The notes: generated from the sequence alone by a model not told the origin. A stretch of DNA of 64,000 nt from an uncultured Methanoregulaceae archaeon (GCA_963841015.1 CAWJAX010000003.1:224001-288000); one strand, 5' to 3'; positions 40,377 to 52,003 are shown, counted from the stretch's first letter. A program made the numbers and translations.

Positions 40377-42029
40377 TTATCTCCTTTCATAATTTTTGAA
40401 TTTTTCATATGCTGATATTTGTGATTTTGTGAGGGACGATTGCGTTTTTTCAATAATATATTTCAGCATTTCTTGATTGATCTCAGAATAACCTTCACTA
40501 AAAGCGGTCCTTGCTGCATTATTGACAACCAATGCGATATCCGAGCTGGCATAATTTTCAGTAAGGCCTGCCAGTTCGGCCATATCGATATCTTTGGATA
40601 TTGCCCGACCTTCGAGTTGTTTGTTAAAGAGATCTTTTCTGGCGTCTAAATCAGGGGGTCTGATGTATATTCGCTTATCCATCCTTCCGGAACGTAAAAT
40701 CGCATCATCAATCATATCTGGTTTATTCGTTGCACCTATTACCAGAACTTCATTTTCACTTGCATTATTCATCTGGTTCAAGAATTCGGTAATTTCTTCC
40801 TGCTTCCATTGTTCGGATCCCAACGATTCCCGTTTTGGGACAAGAGCATCGATTTCGTCAAAAAACAAAATTGTCGGTGCATTATTTTTCGCCTCCTCAA
40901 AGATTTTTGCGATATTGCCAGATGTTTCGTGTGCCCATTTCGAACCAACATCCGAAGCGGAGAACTCCTTATAATGATATCCAATCTCTTCAGCCAGTTT
41001 CCGGACAATGAATGTCTTTCCACATCCCGGAGGACCAAAAAACAAAAAGCCGTTGGGAATACTTACACCAAATTTTTTTGCTTCATCCTTGCGTCTTAAT
41101 GGCTCAATGATATCTTTTGTCAGATCATTTTTTATTTCGTTCATTCCTGCGACGCTGGCAAAACCTTTTAGTGTTGTGTCTTTTTTCATTTCCAGAGGCT
41201 TCTTGAAAACTTTTTTATCGGTTTTTTTATGTATTGGCTGATCCGGTTTCTCGGGGGAATTGAAATTATAAGGGGGGGGTAACTCATTCGTTTTTTTGGG
41301 TTTTTGTGATTGACTATGCTTTGGAGTTATTTTTGATTTTTCTGATTCTGCAGGATCGGAATTTATACCCGCCATTACCCCTTCTTTTCCCTGAATTGCA
41401 TCCAAATTTGTGTCATCGATTTCCAGAGCCGTATCAAAAGCTTCGAGTGCTTCCGCAAAATTTTCTGATGATTGAAGTATCTTACCCTTTCCAACCCAGG
41501 CATCAGCATTATTCCATTCCAGATTGATTGCTGTTTCAAATGCATCAAAGGCTTCATCATAATTTCCCATTTCCAGAAGGGCGTTCCCTTTCAATGCCCA
41601 GATTCCATCCATGGAATCATCTATTTCAAGTATCGTATCAAAGGATTTTAAAGCTCGACGATATTTTTGTAATTTCAATAAACATATTCCCTTGTAAATT
41701 TCCAAATTAATGAAATTTTGAGACTTGATATCATCAATATCTATACTAAATGCGTCGAAAAATGTTTCCGCACTTTGAATGATAGTCATCAGGTTTTCTA
41801 CTTCACTAAGACCTTGTTGTGGATTTTCTTCTTGAAGCAGATGCTCTAAATATTTCAATGAAAGTTCATTACATTTATCGTACAAAGGAGCGATTTTTGA
41901 AAAATATTGTCGGGCCCGATCATTATAACCGGATTCTAGAGCATTATTGCAATCCTCTTTAGCGACAGTAAGACGGTCGATCACATTATTCAATTGCTTT
42001 AAGGTACTATCCAAATCATTTTTTTTCAT
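40377..42029 (-). CDS. TPR plus single classical AAA ATPase domain protein (AT-rich)
   Basis: TPRs, disordered linker, GPPGCGKT, pore loop SKWAHE, LFFDEID, SRH ATNKPDMIDDAILRSGRMD. Confidence 0.9.
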   Translation of the reverse strand: MKKNDLDSTLKQLNNVIDRLTVAKEDCNNALESGYNDRARQYFSKIAPLYDKCNELSLKYLEHLLQEENPQQGLSEVENLMTIIQSAETFFDAFSIDIDDIKSQNFINLEIYKGICLLKLQKYRRALKSFDTILEIDDSMDGIWALKGNALLEMGNYDEAFDAFETAINLEWNNADAWVGKGKILQSSENFAEALEAFDTALEIDDTNLDAIQGKEGVMAGINSDPAESEKSKITPKHSQSQKPKKTNELPPPYNFNSPEKPDQPIHKKTDKKVFKKPLEMKKDTTLKGFASVAGMNEIKNDLTKDIIEPLRRKDEAKKFGVSIPNGFLFFGPPGCGKTFIVRKLAEEIGYHYKEFSASDVGSKWAHETSGNIAKIFEEAKNNAPTILFFDEIDALVPKRESLGSEQWKQEEITEFLNQMNNASENEVLVIGATNKPDMIDDAILRSGRMDKRIYIRPPDLDARKDLFNKQLEGRAISKDIDMAELAGLTENYASSDIALVVNNAARTAFSEGYSEINQEMLKYIIEKTQSSLTKSQISAYEKFKNYERR

Positions 42030-42206
42030 AATTTTTCTTTCAAGTATACCTTCGATTGGGTTTAATATAAGGTTTTCAATTTATTCCAGAATTGTAAATA
42101 ATTGAAGGAAGATAAATTTTCATGTCTGGCGTTACCATCGAATTCACAGAAAATCCTTATGGTTCTTCTCTCTCATATCAATTGACTTTCCGGATTTGGA
42201 TATTTC

Positions 42207-42322
42207 CGGGCAGGATTTAATCGATAAAAAACAAATGACATCATTGTGCCCCTGAAGGCAATTGTTGAGGGAGAACCCATTATCGGCCCCGACCTGTCCA
42301 GCGAAGAATGGACAATCCTGAA
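42207..42322 (+). repeat. Direct repeat copy 2 (5' end of the full-length CoiA-like gene)
   Basis: Matches 40248-40363. Confidence 0.9.
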
Positions 42323-43392
42323 ATCCCGGCATAAAAAGGGACTCACCATAACGATGGGGTGTTGCGGAGCGCCGGGACATTTACGGATATCAAAAAAGGG
42401 AACGCAGCACTTCTATCACGCGGTTGATACCGGATGCCATTACGAAGAGGAGTCAAGAGAGCACCTGGAGATCAAATACCAGGTATACCAGGTCTGCAAA
42501 TCCGAAGGCTGGGAGACCTCCGTGGAATTCCCGGCACCGGACCGGACATGGATCTCGGATGTATACGCGATCAAGGATGGCAGGAAAATTGTTTTTGAAA
42601 TACAGATCAGCACCATCTCTCCCAATGAACTGGAAGAGAGAGACAGGAAATACCAGGATGAAGGCATTGAATCGTACTGGTTACTGGATAACTTTTTAGA
42701 ACGTTCAAAGGTTTTTGAATCCTGGTATCATTCTCATCTCACTGAAGAAGACAATCGATTGGGGGAAACAATCCCCTACATCGACAATTCAATCTTTGAA
42801 ACTGGTCCTGAAAATCATATTTTCATCGCAAAGGGTATCCGAAGTGTCGGACTGAATGCAAAGGACCAGACGCTTGTTCACGACCAATAACCCGGAAATC
42901 CCGCTGGTCGTCTGGGTCAGGGAGGTTTTGAAGGGAAATTACCGGAGTTATCTCGAAGACACTGCTGTTGCGTATCACCAGAAGCGACGGTTAAAAAATC
43001 TGGCAGCTCCCCTGCTTATCCAGTTCAGGGAATTTTATCAGAAAATCATCCGTGATGACACGTACCGAAAAAAGGTTGATTCCTGTTACCGGATCTTTAA
43101 CGCTGACAAAACATTGCGAAAAGAGAAGGCATTGCAAAAAAAGTTTGATGAGATCTATTCCGAGATAGACTGGCTGGGAAAGGAATATCAGTCGTTGTAT
43201 TGCGGAAAGTTATGGTTTGTTTGTGTGGAAGAAAATCCCGGAGAAGGATGTGACAAGGCCTTTTTTCCGGCTGGAATCGGAATCGAAGATCAGGAAGTTG
43301 CAGGAATGCGTGGAGATGTTCAGGCAATGGGAAGCGTCATTTATAGTGCATTCGGCAGGCTGGAGCGGGAATTCTACGCTGATAAAAGATGA
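42246..43392 (+). CDS. CoiA-like PD-(D/E)xK nuclease (indels near 42873, 43194 and 43344)
   Basis: Zn-finger-like MGCC..HFYH..C, ESREHLEIK, WISDVYA, VFEIQIS; frames join across single-base shifts; could be a true pseudogene. Confidence 0.75.
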
Positions 43393-43994
43393 ATTAAAGA
43401 ATAAGATTTGAAATCTCTATCCTTTTTTTCTAGGTAAAGTGGATGTAATATACGACTAGTACCGATAGTGTGAACCTAGCTCATGGACATGCATTCCTTA
43501 AGTCGAATCCGAGCCTTCAAAGGCCCCGGTTTGCACTATTTGGGTGTTTTATTTCCGGGAATGCTGCATAAAACGATGCAGTTTTACACACTTTTTCCAG
43601 GAACGCACTTTCCGCACGATTTAGGGCAAGCGGAGTGGACTTCTTTTGAGTTATGAAACGCTAATGTACGCTAATGGAAAGCGAAACTCATGAAGGCGGG
43701 GAGGATAACATGTTCAAAGGGAAAGGAAGGGCTGTTTTGGGGCTAAGATCGGGAAATTCTCTGACGAAAATCGACGTGAATTTCTCGCAATATTCCGGAT
43801 CCCCTCTCCTTGCAAAAAGTCCTGGTGGAATGTTCTAAACAAGGGGTCATCCTTTTAGAAGAACCGTTCGCCACGAAACCCACCCTCTTGTCGTGAGAAA
43901 TTTTAATTACCCGAGCCGGTGATATAAGGCTATGCGCGTCTGATGGGACGTCGTATCGGTTCTCATATCAGCTTAGAGGCGGGAGAACAATCAG

Positions 43995-45082
43995 ATGGGA
44001 CATGTATTACTATCACCTCTGAACTGGGGGCTTGGCCACGCATCGCGTAATGTTCCTGTCATCCGCGAACTTCTCAGACACCACCACGAAGTTACTATCG
44101 CTGCCGAGGGAAATGCCCTTGAACTCTTAAAAAAGGAGTTCCCCACCTGTAATTTTATCAATTTCCCGGACTATCCGCTTGCGTATTACCAAGGGAGATT
44201 TTTCTTCGCACGATTTACCTTTCACGTTCCGTCACTTGTGGAGGCGATTGCCGAGGAGCGAAGGAATTTGCGGGATATCCTGTCCCGTACCCACTATGAT
44301 CTCATTATCAGCGATAACCGCTATGGGGTCTATTCAGATTCCATCCCTTCAATCCAGATAAATCACATTACGCACCAGACGTTCCCCTTCATTGTCTGGC
44401 CAATTGAACTGGTTGCCCTCTACGTGAATGGCAGCGGGTTCCGGAAATTCGATGCAATAATTATTCCTGACAACCCACCCGGGCCGCTCTCCCTTGCCGG
44501 GAAACTGTCACGTACGGGAGGGACCGGGATTAAAAAACGGGTCTATTACTCTGGGATTCTTGCAAGTATGCCAAAAGTCAGGACTGAGAAGAAAATCGAT
44601 TATCTTCTCCTCATATCAGGTATGGAACCCCATCGGACAGCCCTTGAAAAAATTCTTCTTCCACAGGTGAAGGACCTCCCGGGCAGAAAAGTGGTATTGC
44701 TGGGAAAGCCTGCGGAAAATCGTGAGGCCGAACCGGGAGACGATCAATCGTTTACTCGTACCTGCCGTTTAAGGAAAAAGCAGAGCTGATGTCGGGATCC
44801 CGGTTCATAATCTGCCGTTCAGAATATACAACAATGATGGACCTCGCCGAGATTGGGCTCAAGATTGGCCTTTTCATCCCTACACCCGGCCAATGGGAGC
44901 AGGAATACCTCTCGGCATATTACCAGCAAAGAGGATGGTTCAGATCAAAAAGTCAGTCAGGAGTCAGTCTTTTGCGGGATGTTGAACAGGCTCAGAGGTA
45001 TTCAGGATTTCCTGAAATGCCGTGTACTGAAAAAAATGTACAGAAATTGTATCAGGATCTGCTCTCCCGGTACCTGGAGTGA
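43995..45082 (+). CDS. GT-B glycosyltransferase (GT28/MJ1255-like), frameshift near 44745
   Basis: PLNWGLGHASR, IISDNRYG, ICRSEYTTMMD, IPTPGQWEQEY. Confidence 0.85.
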
Positions 45083-45157
45083 CTGGTCCTGGCAGACTAT
45101 GATTATGCACAGGAAAAAATCAGATCTAGAAAAAAGGTATCTTTCCGGGAGCCGTAC

Positions 45158-45397
45158 ATGAAAGTCTTCGGGCGACAGATTGAACCCTTACTATTCTGGT
45201 GGAAGCTGGGGGTGGTAATCGCATACCTGTTCCTCATCGGGAGTATCTCATGGCTCATATTCCAGGGAATCCTGATCTGCCAGGCATATGCAGAAGGAGA
45301 TTTTTCCTATATTGACTGGAAACTCTGGCGTTATGCTCTTATTGCGGCTGTTTATTTTACCTTGGGGGGTTTCCTGCGTCTGGTACGGTTTATTTAG
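45158..45397 (+). CDS. Small membrane protein
   Basis: Two hydrophobic helices in 79 aa. Confidence 0.55.
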   Translation: MKVFGRQIEPLLFWWKLGVVIAYLFLIGSISWLIFQGILICQAYAEGDFSYIDWKLWRYALIAAVYFTLGGFLRLVRFI

Positions 45398-45725
45398 TAC
45401 CATGGTTTCTTATTCGGGATGAAATACTCAAAGCAGACCGGTAACTGATTACAGAACAGGCTGCAGGTCGGTGGATATGAAGTAATTTTTTCCGGGAATG
45501 TCATAAAAAAACAGGATTTTAACCTCTCCTATACCGTACTTCCCAAAAAGAGTTCAAAATTTTTTTAAGATTTCGCTATCCCAATAATTGAATGTGAGAA
45601 TCCGGATTCGAACCTTTCTTTCAAGAGATCAACAATAAACTATCTGATAGAGATTCTATCATCTCATTTTCACCCCATCCCCCACCCTCTTATATCCCAT
45701 AAATCCAAAGTAACAATCTAAGAAA

Positions 45726-46872
45726 ATGCACCTCATCCACATCGCCGACACCCACTTAGGCTTGGCCGCGTTCAACCGTCTCGATCCCGAGAGCGGCATG
45801 AACCTCCGGGAAAAGCAGGTCTACGACAACTTCCTCAAAGCGATAGATGAGATAATCCAACAAAAACCTGACGTGCTCGTCCATGCAGGCGACCTCTTCG
45901 ATGTTGTCAAGCCCAAGACCCGGGCCTATACAACCGTGCTCGAAGCGCTCGACCGCCTCCAAGCTGCCGGGATCCCGTTTATCGTGATTGCCGGGAACCA
46001 CAGCATGGTCAAGACCCGGTATACGACATCCCCCTACGAAGTTCTCACGTATCATCCTTCGAAAATAACAGCGGCCTACAGGTTCCGGTATGAGCAGGTG
46101 GAGATCGGGGATACGGTCTTCCACCTCATCCCGAACATGCTCCGCGTTGAGGATTACCGCACGGCCTTTAACCAGATCGAGCTGGCTCCGTCAGGGTATC
46201 ACAATGTGCTGGTGACCCACGGGCTTGCGACGGCAATCAGGGATAAGCGGCTGGCAACCGTTGCGGAGCACGAACTGGACAGCACGATCCTGTCTGACCA
46301 GTTCGATTACATCGCGCTCGGGCACTATCACCGCCAGTGCCAGATCACGGACAATGCCTGGTATTCGGGATCGTCCGAGTACCTGACCTATGGGGAGATC
46401 ATCGGATACCAAAGGCGGTCTGCTGGTAGATCCCGGGCGGCATGAGGTCTCTCACCTTGACCTTCCCTGCACACCGATGATTGATCTCGGGACGATCAAG
46501 TGCGAGGGGGTTCATCCCGGAGATATCACTGAGGAGATCATCAACCGCATCGTGGCTCAATCAACTCCCCTGTTTTCGATGGCACAGGTCACGCTGGACG
46601 GTCTTTCCCGCGAGCACGGGAAGGGGATCGATATGAAGTCGCTGGCTCCTGTCCGCGAACAGCTGCTCGACCTGAAGATCCGGATGAAGACCGATGCGGA
46701 GGATACACCGGTCCCGCTCCAGCAGGACATCCGCCTGATCGATTACCTGCAGGAGTTCGACACATTCATTGGTAAGCGGCAGCTTTCCGCGAGGCAGAGG
46801 GAGTTTGTCGCCCATCATGGTCGTGAGGTGTTGCAGTCCGTGATGGACGAGCACCGGGAGACCGCGGAATGA
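45726..46872 (+). CDS. mre11: DNA repair nuclease Mre11/SbcD (+1 indel near 46401)
   Basis: ADTHLG, AGDLFD, AGNH, THG, LGHYH, YSGS; ATGA overlap with rad50. Confidence 0.92.
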
Positions 46873-49310
46873 TTCTCGATCGGCTTGAGGTAAGGAACTT
46901 CAAGCGGTTCAGTCATGCCGAGATCCACTTTAAGGACGGCATCACCGGCATCCTCGGGAACAATGGCACGGGCAAGTCCAGCCTTGTGCAGGCAGTTTTC
47001 TTTGCCCTTTACGGGGTGCAGGCGACCGGGATCGCCGCTGACTATATCGTCTCATCGTTTGCATCCCCGAAGGAGAAGTGCGAAGTCAGGCTCGACTTCC
47101 GAATCGGGGGGGATACCTACACGGTACTTCGCACGTTCAAAAAGGGAAAGACTGTCACGCACGATGCCACATTCCATAAGAACGGGAAACTGATGGCAAC
47201 TGGAGTAAGCCAGGTGGAGACCGAGGTGAAACGGACGCTCGGCATGGGTCCCGTGGACTTCCGGAATACGATTTACGCAGGCCAGAAGGACCTCCTGACC
47301 CTGCTCGAAAATACACCCGGGAAACGCAAGGAATGGTTCTTACGTGCTCTCGGGATCGATTTCCTGAAGGCCGAGAGCGAGAAGATCGTAAAAGACCAGA
47401 TCGATGCAAAAACCGCTGATCTCCAGAAAAAAGAGGGTGAACTCTCGGCAATGGCAGCGAGGCAGAGCACCGAAGATTTTGCAGCAATGGAGGCAACAGC
47501 AGCCAGGCTGCATGCGATGATTCTGGAGCATACCCAGGCACGCGATCTCAACCTTGCCCGCCGCAAAAAACTTGACGCCGACCTGAAACTGCTTGCCGAG
47601 AAGAAAACCGTGTATGTCCGTCTTGTCCAGAAGCAGCAGACCCTTGAACGTGAACGGGACTTGGATTCCGCGCAGGCAAAGAACCTTGAGGCTTCGCTTG
47701 CCCTGCTTGCAGATGAGGAGGCTGAGTATCACCGCATTGAGAAGACTGCCGGTTCGTATGCAGAGATCCGGAAACGGCTCGACGGGCTGCAGCAGAAGAA
47801 GGCAGAATTCCTCCGTCTCACGGGTGAACTCGGGTTTGTCTCACGGGAGATTGCCGATCTTGGCGCACGGGCGGAAAAACAGCGTACCCTTATCAGGGGT
47901 CTGGAGGCCGATGCCGAAAAGAAGGCAGAACTCATCGCCGGAGTTCGGGCCGGACTGGGGACCGCACAGGATATCGCGGAGGACCGGCTCGAAACAGCAG
48001 TCAGTTTCCGCCTCGCAGAGATCAACACGCAGACGGGCACGCTCGATACCCGGCAGAAGCACTACAAGGAAGAACGGGAGAAGGTTCTCGCCGATCTGAA
48101 GACCATTCGGGATGCCGGTCCTGATGGCACGTGCCCGCTCTGCCGCCAGAAACTCGGCTCACATTTCGGAAGCCTTGATGCAGAGTTCACGCAGAAACTG
48201 CAGGAACTCACCGATAAGTCAGCAGCCGATCGGGAAAAACAGGAAAAACTCGGCAAAGAGAAGACCATGGTCGAGTCCTTAAAACCCCTGCTGGGCCAGA
48301 TCCGTACCTTCTCAGAAAAACTCAGGCAGAAACCGGTTTATGAAGCTGAACGTGCTGACCTTGAGGCAAAACGAACAAGAAAAATACAGGCTCAGGCGAC
48401 GATCACCAGTTCTCTTGCAAAGCTGGCGTATAACGAAGAGGAGTACCTTGCCTGCGAACGGGAGGCTGTAACTGTCCAGAACGTGCAGCTCCGTTTTATT
48501 GAGCTCGGGAAAAAGATCGGGCAGGGCATCATGGTAAAGAAGCAGCTTGGTGAACTCACCAGCCGGATTACTCGGAGGAACACCGAGCTCACCAGTCTCT
48601 CAAAGGAGATCGCTCTAGCAGCATTCAGCCCGAATGAGGTTACGGAGCGGGAAAGAGCCATGGTTGCAACCGAGGACGCCTTGCGGAATGAAGAAGTCAT
48701 GATTACCGGTGCGCAAAAAGACCTCGATTTTACCCGGCAGAAGATCGCAGAATTCAAAAAAGCAGAATCTCAGATCGCTTCCCTGCAGAAAGAGGCAGAG
48801 GCTCACAAAGATGAGATCGAACTCCTGAGACTGACCCGCAGCCTGATAGGCGACTACGTGATTTATCTCATGCAGGTCGTGCGGAGCCGGCTGGAAGGGG
48901 AAGTGAGCCGGATTATCAGCGAGATCACTGGCGGGCGCTATGAACAGGTGCTCCTTGACGAGGACTTCAACCTGCTCGTCCGCGACATCGACAACGATTA
49001 CCCCATCGAACGGTTCAGCGGCGGGGAACAGGACGATATTGCAGTTGCCCTCAGGATTGCGCTCTCCCGCTACCTTGCCGAGCTCCACGGGGTCCATGAG
49101 AGCACGTTTTTGATCTTTGACGAGATCTTCGGAAGCCAGGACGAAGAGCGGAGGACTAACCTCCTCACTGCCCTGCGGACTCAGGAATCAAGGTTCCCCC
49201 AGATCCTCCTCATATCCCATATCGCGGAGATGCAGGGAGAGTTTGCCAATACGCTGGTCGTCGAGATGGGGACAGACATGGTAAGCCAGGTCCGGGAGGC
49301 GGGAGATTGA
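46869..49310 (+). CDS. rad50: DNA repair ATPase Rad50/SbcC
   Basis: GNNGTGKS, Q-loop YAGQ, coiled coil, zinc hook CPLC, FSGGE, IFDEIFGSQD, LISH. Confidence 0.95.
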   Translation: MILDRLEVRNFKRFSHAEIHFKDGITGILGNNGTGKSSLVQAVFFALYGVQATGIAADYIVSSFASPKEKCEVRLDFRIGGDTYTVLRTFKKGKTVTHDATFHKNGKLMATGVSQVETEVKRTLGMGPVDFRNTIYAGQKDLLTLLENTPGKRKEWFLRALGIDFLKAESEKIVKDQIDAKTADLQKKEGELSAMAARQSTEDFAAMEATAARLHAMILEHTQARDLNLARRKKLDADLKLLAEKKTVYVRLVQKQQTLERERDLDSAQAKNLEASLALLADEEAEYHRIEKTAGSYAEIRKRLDGLQQKKAEFLRLTGELGFVSREIADLGARAEKQRTLIRGLEADAEKKAELIAGVRAGLGTAQDIAEDRLETAVSFRLAEINTQTGTLDTRQKHYKEEREKVLADLKTIRDAGPDGTCPLCRQKLGSHFGSLDAEFTQKLQELTDKSAADREKQEKLGKEKTMVESLKPLLGQIRTFSEKLRQKPVYEAERADLEAKRTRKIQAQATITSSLAKLAYNEEEYLACEREAVTVQNVQLRFIELGKKIGQGIMVKKQLGELTSRITRRNTELTSLSKEIALAAFSPNEVTERERAMVATEDALRNEEVMITGAQKDLDFTRQKIAEFKKAESQIASLQKEAEAHKDEIELLRLTRSLIGDYVIYLMQVVRSRLEGEVSRIISEITGGRYEQVLLDEDFNLLVRDIDNDYPIERFSGGEQDDIAVALRIALSRYLAELHGVHESTFLIFDEIFGSQDEERRTNLLTALRTQESRFPQILLISHIAEMQGEFANTLVVEMGTDMVSQVREAGD

Positions 49311-50336
49311 ACACCCGTACATCCTATGAGGAATCCGTTGACCGGGCACTCCGGCGGATCAATGAACATATCCCGGAAGATCTTGTGCAGAAGTTTTCAC
49401 GGGAGAGCGGGATAACCCGGGATGCTATCCATGGAATCCCGCCCGGCAACTCCGGCATGGTTGCGGCAATTGATGGCAGCAACACGATGATCCTGGAAGG
49501 GGGCAGTGTCTCTATTGCAGCAATCCGGGCTGTTCAGACAACGTTTCTCAACGGTGAACGTCATAATCGTTCCATCACTCCCCTTATGCTTGTCACGATC
49601 GGGCCGGGTCACCGGAACAGGGACTTTGATGAGCCTCTACTTGGAATGTTTTGGGATCGCTCCCCACAAGGGACTGGACAATGCTGATCCCGAGCGGGCG
49701 TCTGCCATCCTCCGCGACACGCTGGAGTACTGGGTAGCTTTGCAGACAGCACGAACGCTGCCAAAAGGAGCACTCCTGCTTCTCGACGGTGCACTCCGGG
49801 TCTCCAGCCAGACCCACGAGCCGGTCCTCGCTGAGATCATCACAACGGCACAGCAACGTGGCATTCTCCTCGCGGCTGTTGCAAAGCGGACCCGCGTGAC
49901 ATGGGGTATCGGGCACCTGCTCCTTCCTGCAATCGGGGGCCTTGTGGCACAGTTTGGTGTCGCCGGGCCATGGTGGGCGAAGATTGACGAACACCTCCTT
50001 GATCATACCGAGTACCGGCAGGGCAGACATGGCGAGCTCTACATTGCCTCACTTCATGCACACTGGAGCAGGCCGATGAAGGTGGATCTTCCGAAAGGGA
50101 CCGGTGAGGAAGCTGCTGCCGCAACCATGAAGGCGCTCGCTGCGTGTGCTGATGACGGGAGAATCCCCGGGTACCCCTACCCGCTCCTTGACGCCCACCG
50201 CACGTGCCTCATCGATGAACCGCTCGTGACCCAGATACAGCAGGACATAAAAGCCGGGCTTGTAAAACAGGGAATACGGAACAGGACCTTTGAAGACCTC
50301 TTTGGTGATTTACATGGTGACTTTGAACGATATTGA
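49307..50336 (+). CDS. nurA: NurA 5'-3' nuclease (+1 indel near 49634)
   Basis: AAIDGS, LLLDGAL, AVAKRT, GYPYPLLDAH. Confidence 0.9.
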
Positions 50337-51934
50337 AAATGTGGACGCAACGAAATTCAGGCTGATCGGCAGGAGCGTGCTCTCGTACCGCTTCATCATC
50401 CCCCACTCGGCAAAACTGTTCGTCGGGGATATCCTGAAGATCACGGATACTGCCAAGAGGTACTCGTTCTACGCAAAGGTCAGTGACCTCGTCCATGAGA
50501 GTAACTTTGCCGATGAACGGTGGGATACCCGCCCGTTCAGCGAGCACTTCTACGGCCTTGGAGAGGATGTGTTTATCGGGGTCGAGGCCGTACCTCTGGG
50601 TTTTGTCGACGAGAACGGCATCTTCCGGAAACCCCGCACCGTCCCGACCAAGTTTTCTGAGGTGAAGATCCCGGAAGCAGAGGACTTTGCCTTCCTTACA
50701 AAAGTCATGGGGGATATCGAAGTCGGTGTCATGCGGACCGGGCAGGGGGTCCTGAAGGATCTCCCTGTTAAAATCCCGAGCAGGGTCCTCCCGCAGCACA
50801 TGGGTGTCTTTGCCACAACCGGCATGGGCAAGTCCAACTTCATGAAGACGTTCTGTGCTTCCTGCATGAAGATGCAGAAGTTCGGGCTCCTGATGGTCGA
50901 TCCCCACGGCGAGTACGTGCGGGGCGGGCAGTCCAGCACCGGGGAACGGACGCTCGGGCTTGTCCATTACAATGCCGGCATGGACGGGCTGTGCCGTCTT
51001 CACCATCAGCGAAAGCGACCGGAAAAAGTACTCGCTCAACAGCCTCTGGCTCGATTACGATGATTTTCGGATGACCGATCTTGGCCTGCTCTACGACCTC
51101 TCGCCCGCCCAATGGGATGTTGTCGAGTCCCTCGATGAGTTCCCGGGACGCGAAATCATCCCGTTCTTCCTGAAAGCACAGGTCGGCACGCTCCAGGAGG
51201 AAGTGAGGGGCAACCAGTATACCGGGCCGTACCCGAAGATCGCAGAAAAACTCGCAGCCTATCACCCCGGCACCCTTGAGGTCATTCAGCGACGCCTGAA
51301 AAACATCGTAACGGGCAACCGCAAATTCTTCAGGGAATCGGGCTCGTGTGTAGCAGAGATACTCCATTTCCTTCATGACAACAAAGTTGTCCTCATCGAT
51401 ATTCCGCGGATGGGAGAGCGCAGCGAACTGTTCGTGCTTTCCATGATCACCCGGAGGATCATGCAGGCGCACCGCATATCGGCCGAGGAGTTCGGGATCG
51501 ATACCGAACCCACTGAACAGAAAAAAGTCCTCATCACCATTGAGGAAGCCCAGCGGGTGCTGGGTGCCGGGGGTTCAAGTACCCAGATCTTCCGGGAATG
51601 TGCGATGGAGGGGCGGAAGTTCGGGGTCGGGCTCTGTGTTGTGACCCAGCAGCCCAAGAACATCGATCAGAAAGTGCTTGCCCAGATCAACACGTTTATC
51701 GTCATGGGCCTCGGTAACCGGGGAGACCGGGACATCATCATCGGGAGTGCAAAACAAGACCTCTCGAAGATGGAGATTGAGATCCAGACCCTTGACCAGG
51801 GTGATGCAATCATCAGCACCATCGGCATCCCGTTCCCGGTCAGCACCCGGATCCACAAGTTCGAGGATTACGTGGATGGCCTCAATAAGCAGAAAAAGCG
51901 ATCCCTGAGCGAAGGCCTTTCAACCGGGTTCTGA
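50314..51934 (+). CDS. herA: HerA helicase/translocase (+1 indel near 50991)
   Basis: N-terminal barrel, HMGVFATTGMGKS, DPHGEY, IEEAQ, EGRKFGVG..TQQP. Confidence 0.92.
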
Positions 51935-52003
51935 ACTCTTCCCGTCGGGGCTGATAATTCGATTATCGGATATCTGGTGAGAGTCCATTATCTGATAATT
52001 GTG

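Noticed and set aside
43400-43990. 590-bp intergenic region as an ncRNA
   Set aside because: Only short stems and a small direct repeat (cgctaatg twice); no recognisable RNA family or second copy
23400-45400. Integron-like cassette array
   Set aside because: Mixed gene orientations, no recurring attC-like site between genes, no integrase
45726-51934. Programmed frameshifting or coordinated inactivation of mre11, nurA and herA
   Set aside because: No slippery sequences; the same +1 lesions occur in unrelated genes across the window
49307-51934. HerA plus nuclease as an anti-phage system
   Set aside because: Partner is NurA in an operon with mre11 and rad50, i.e. housekeeping repair
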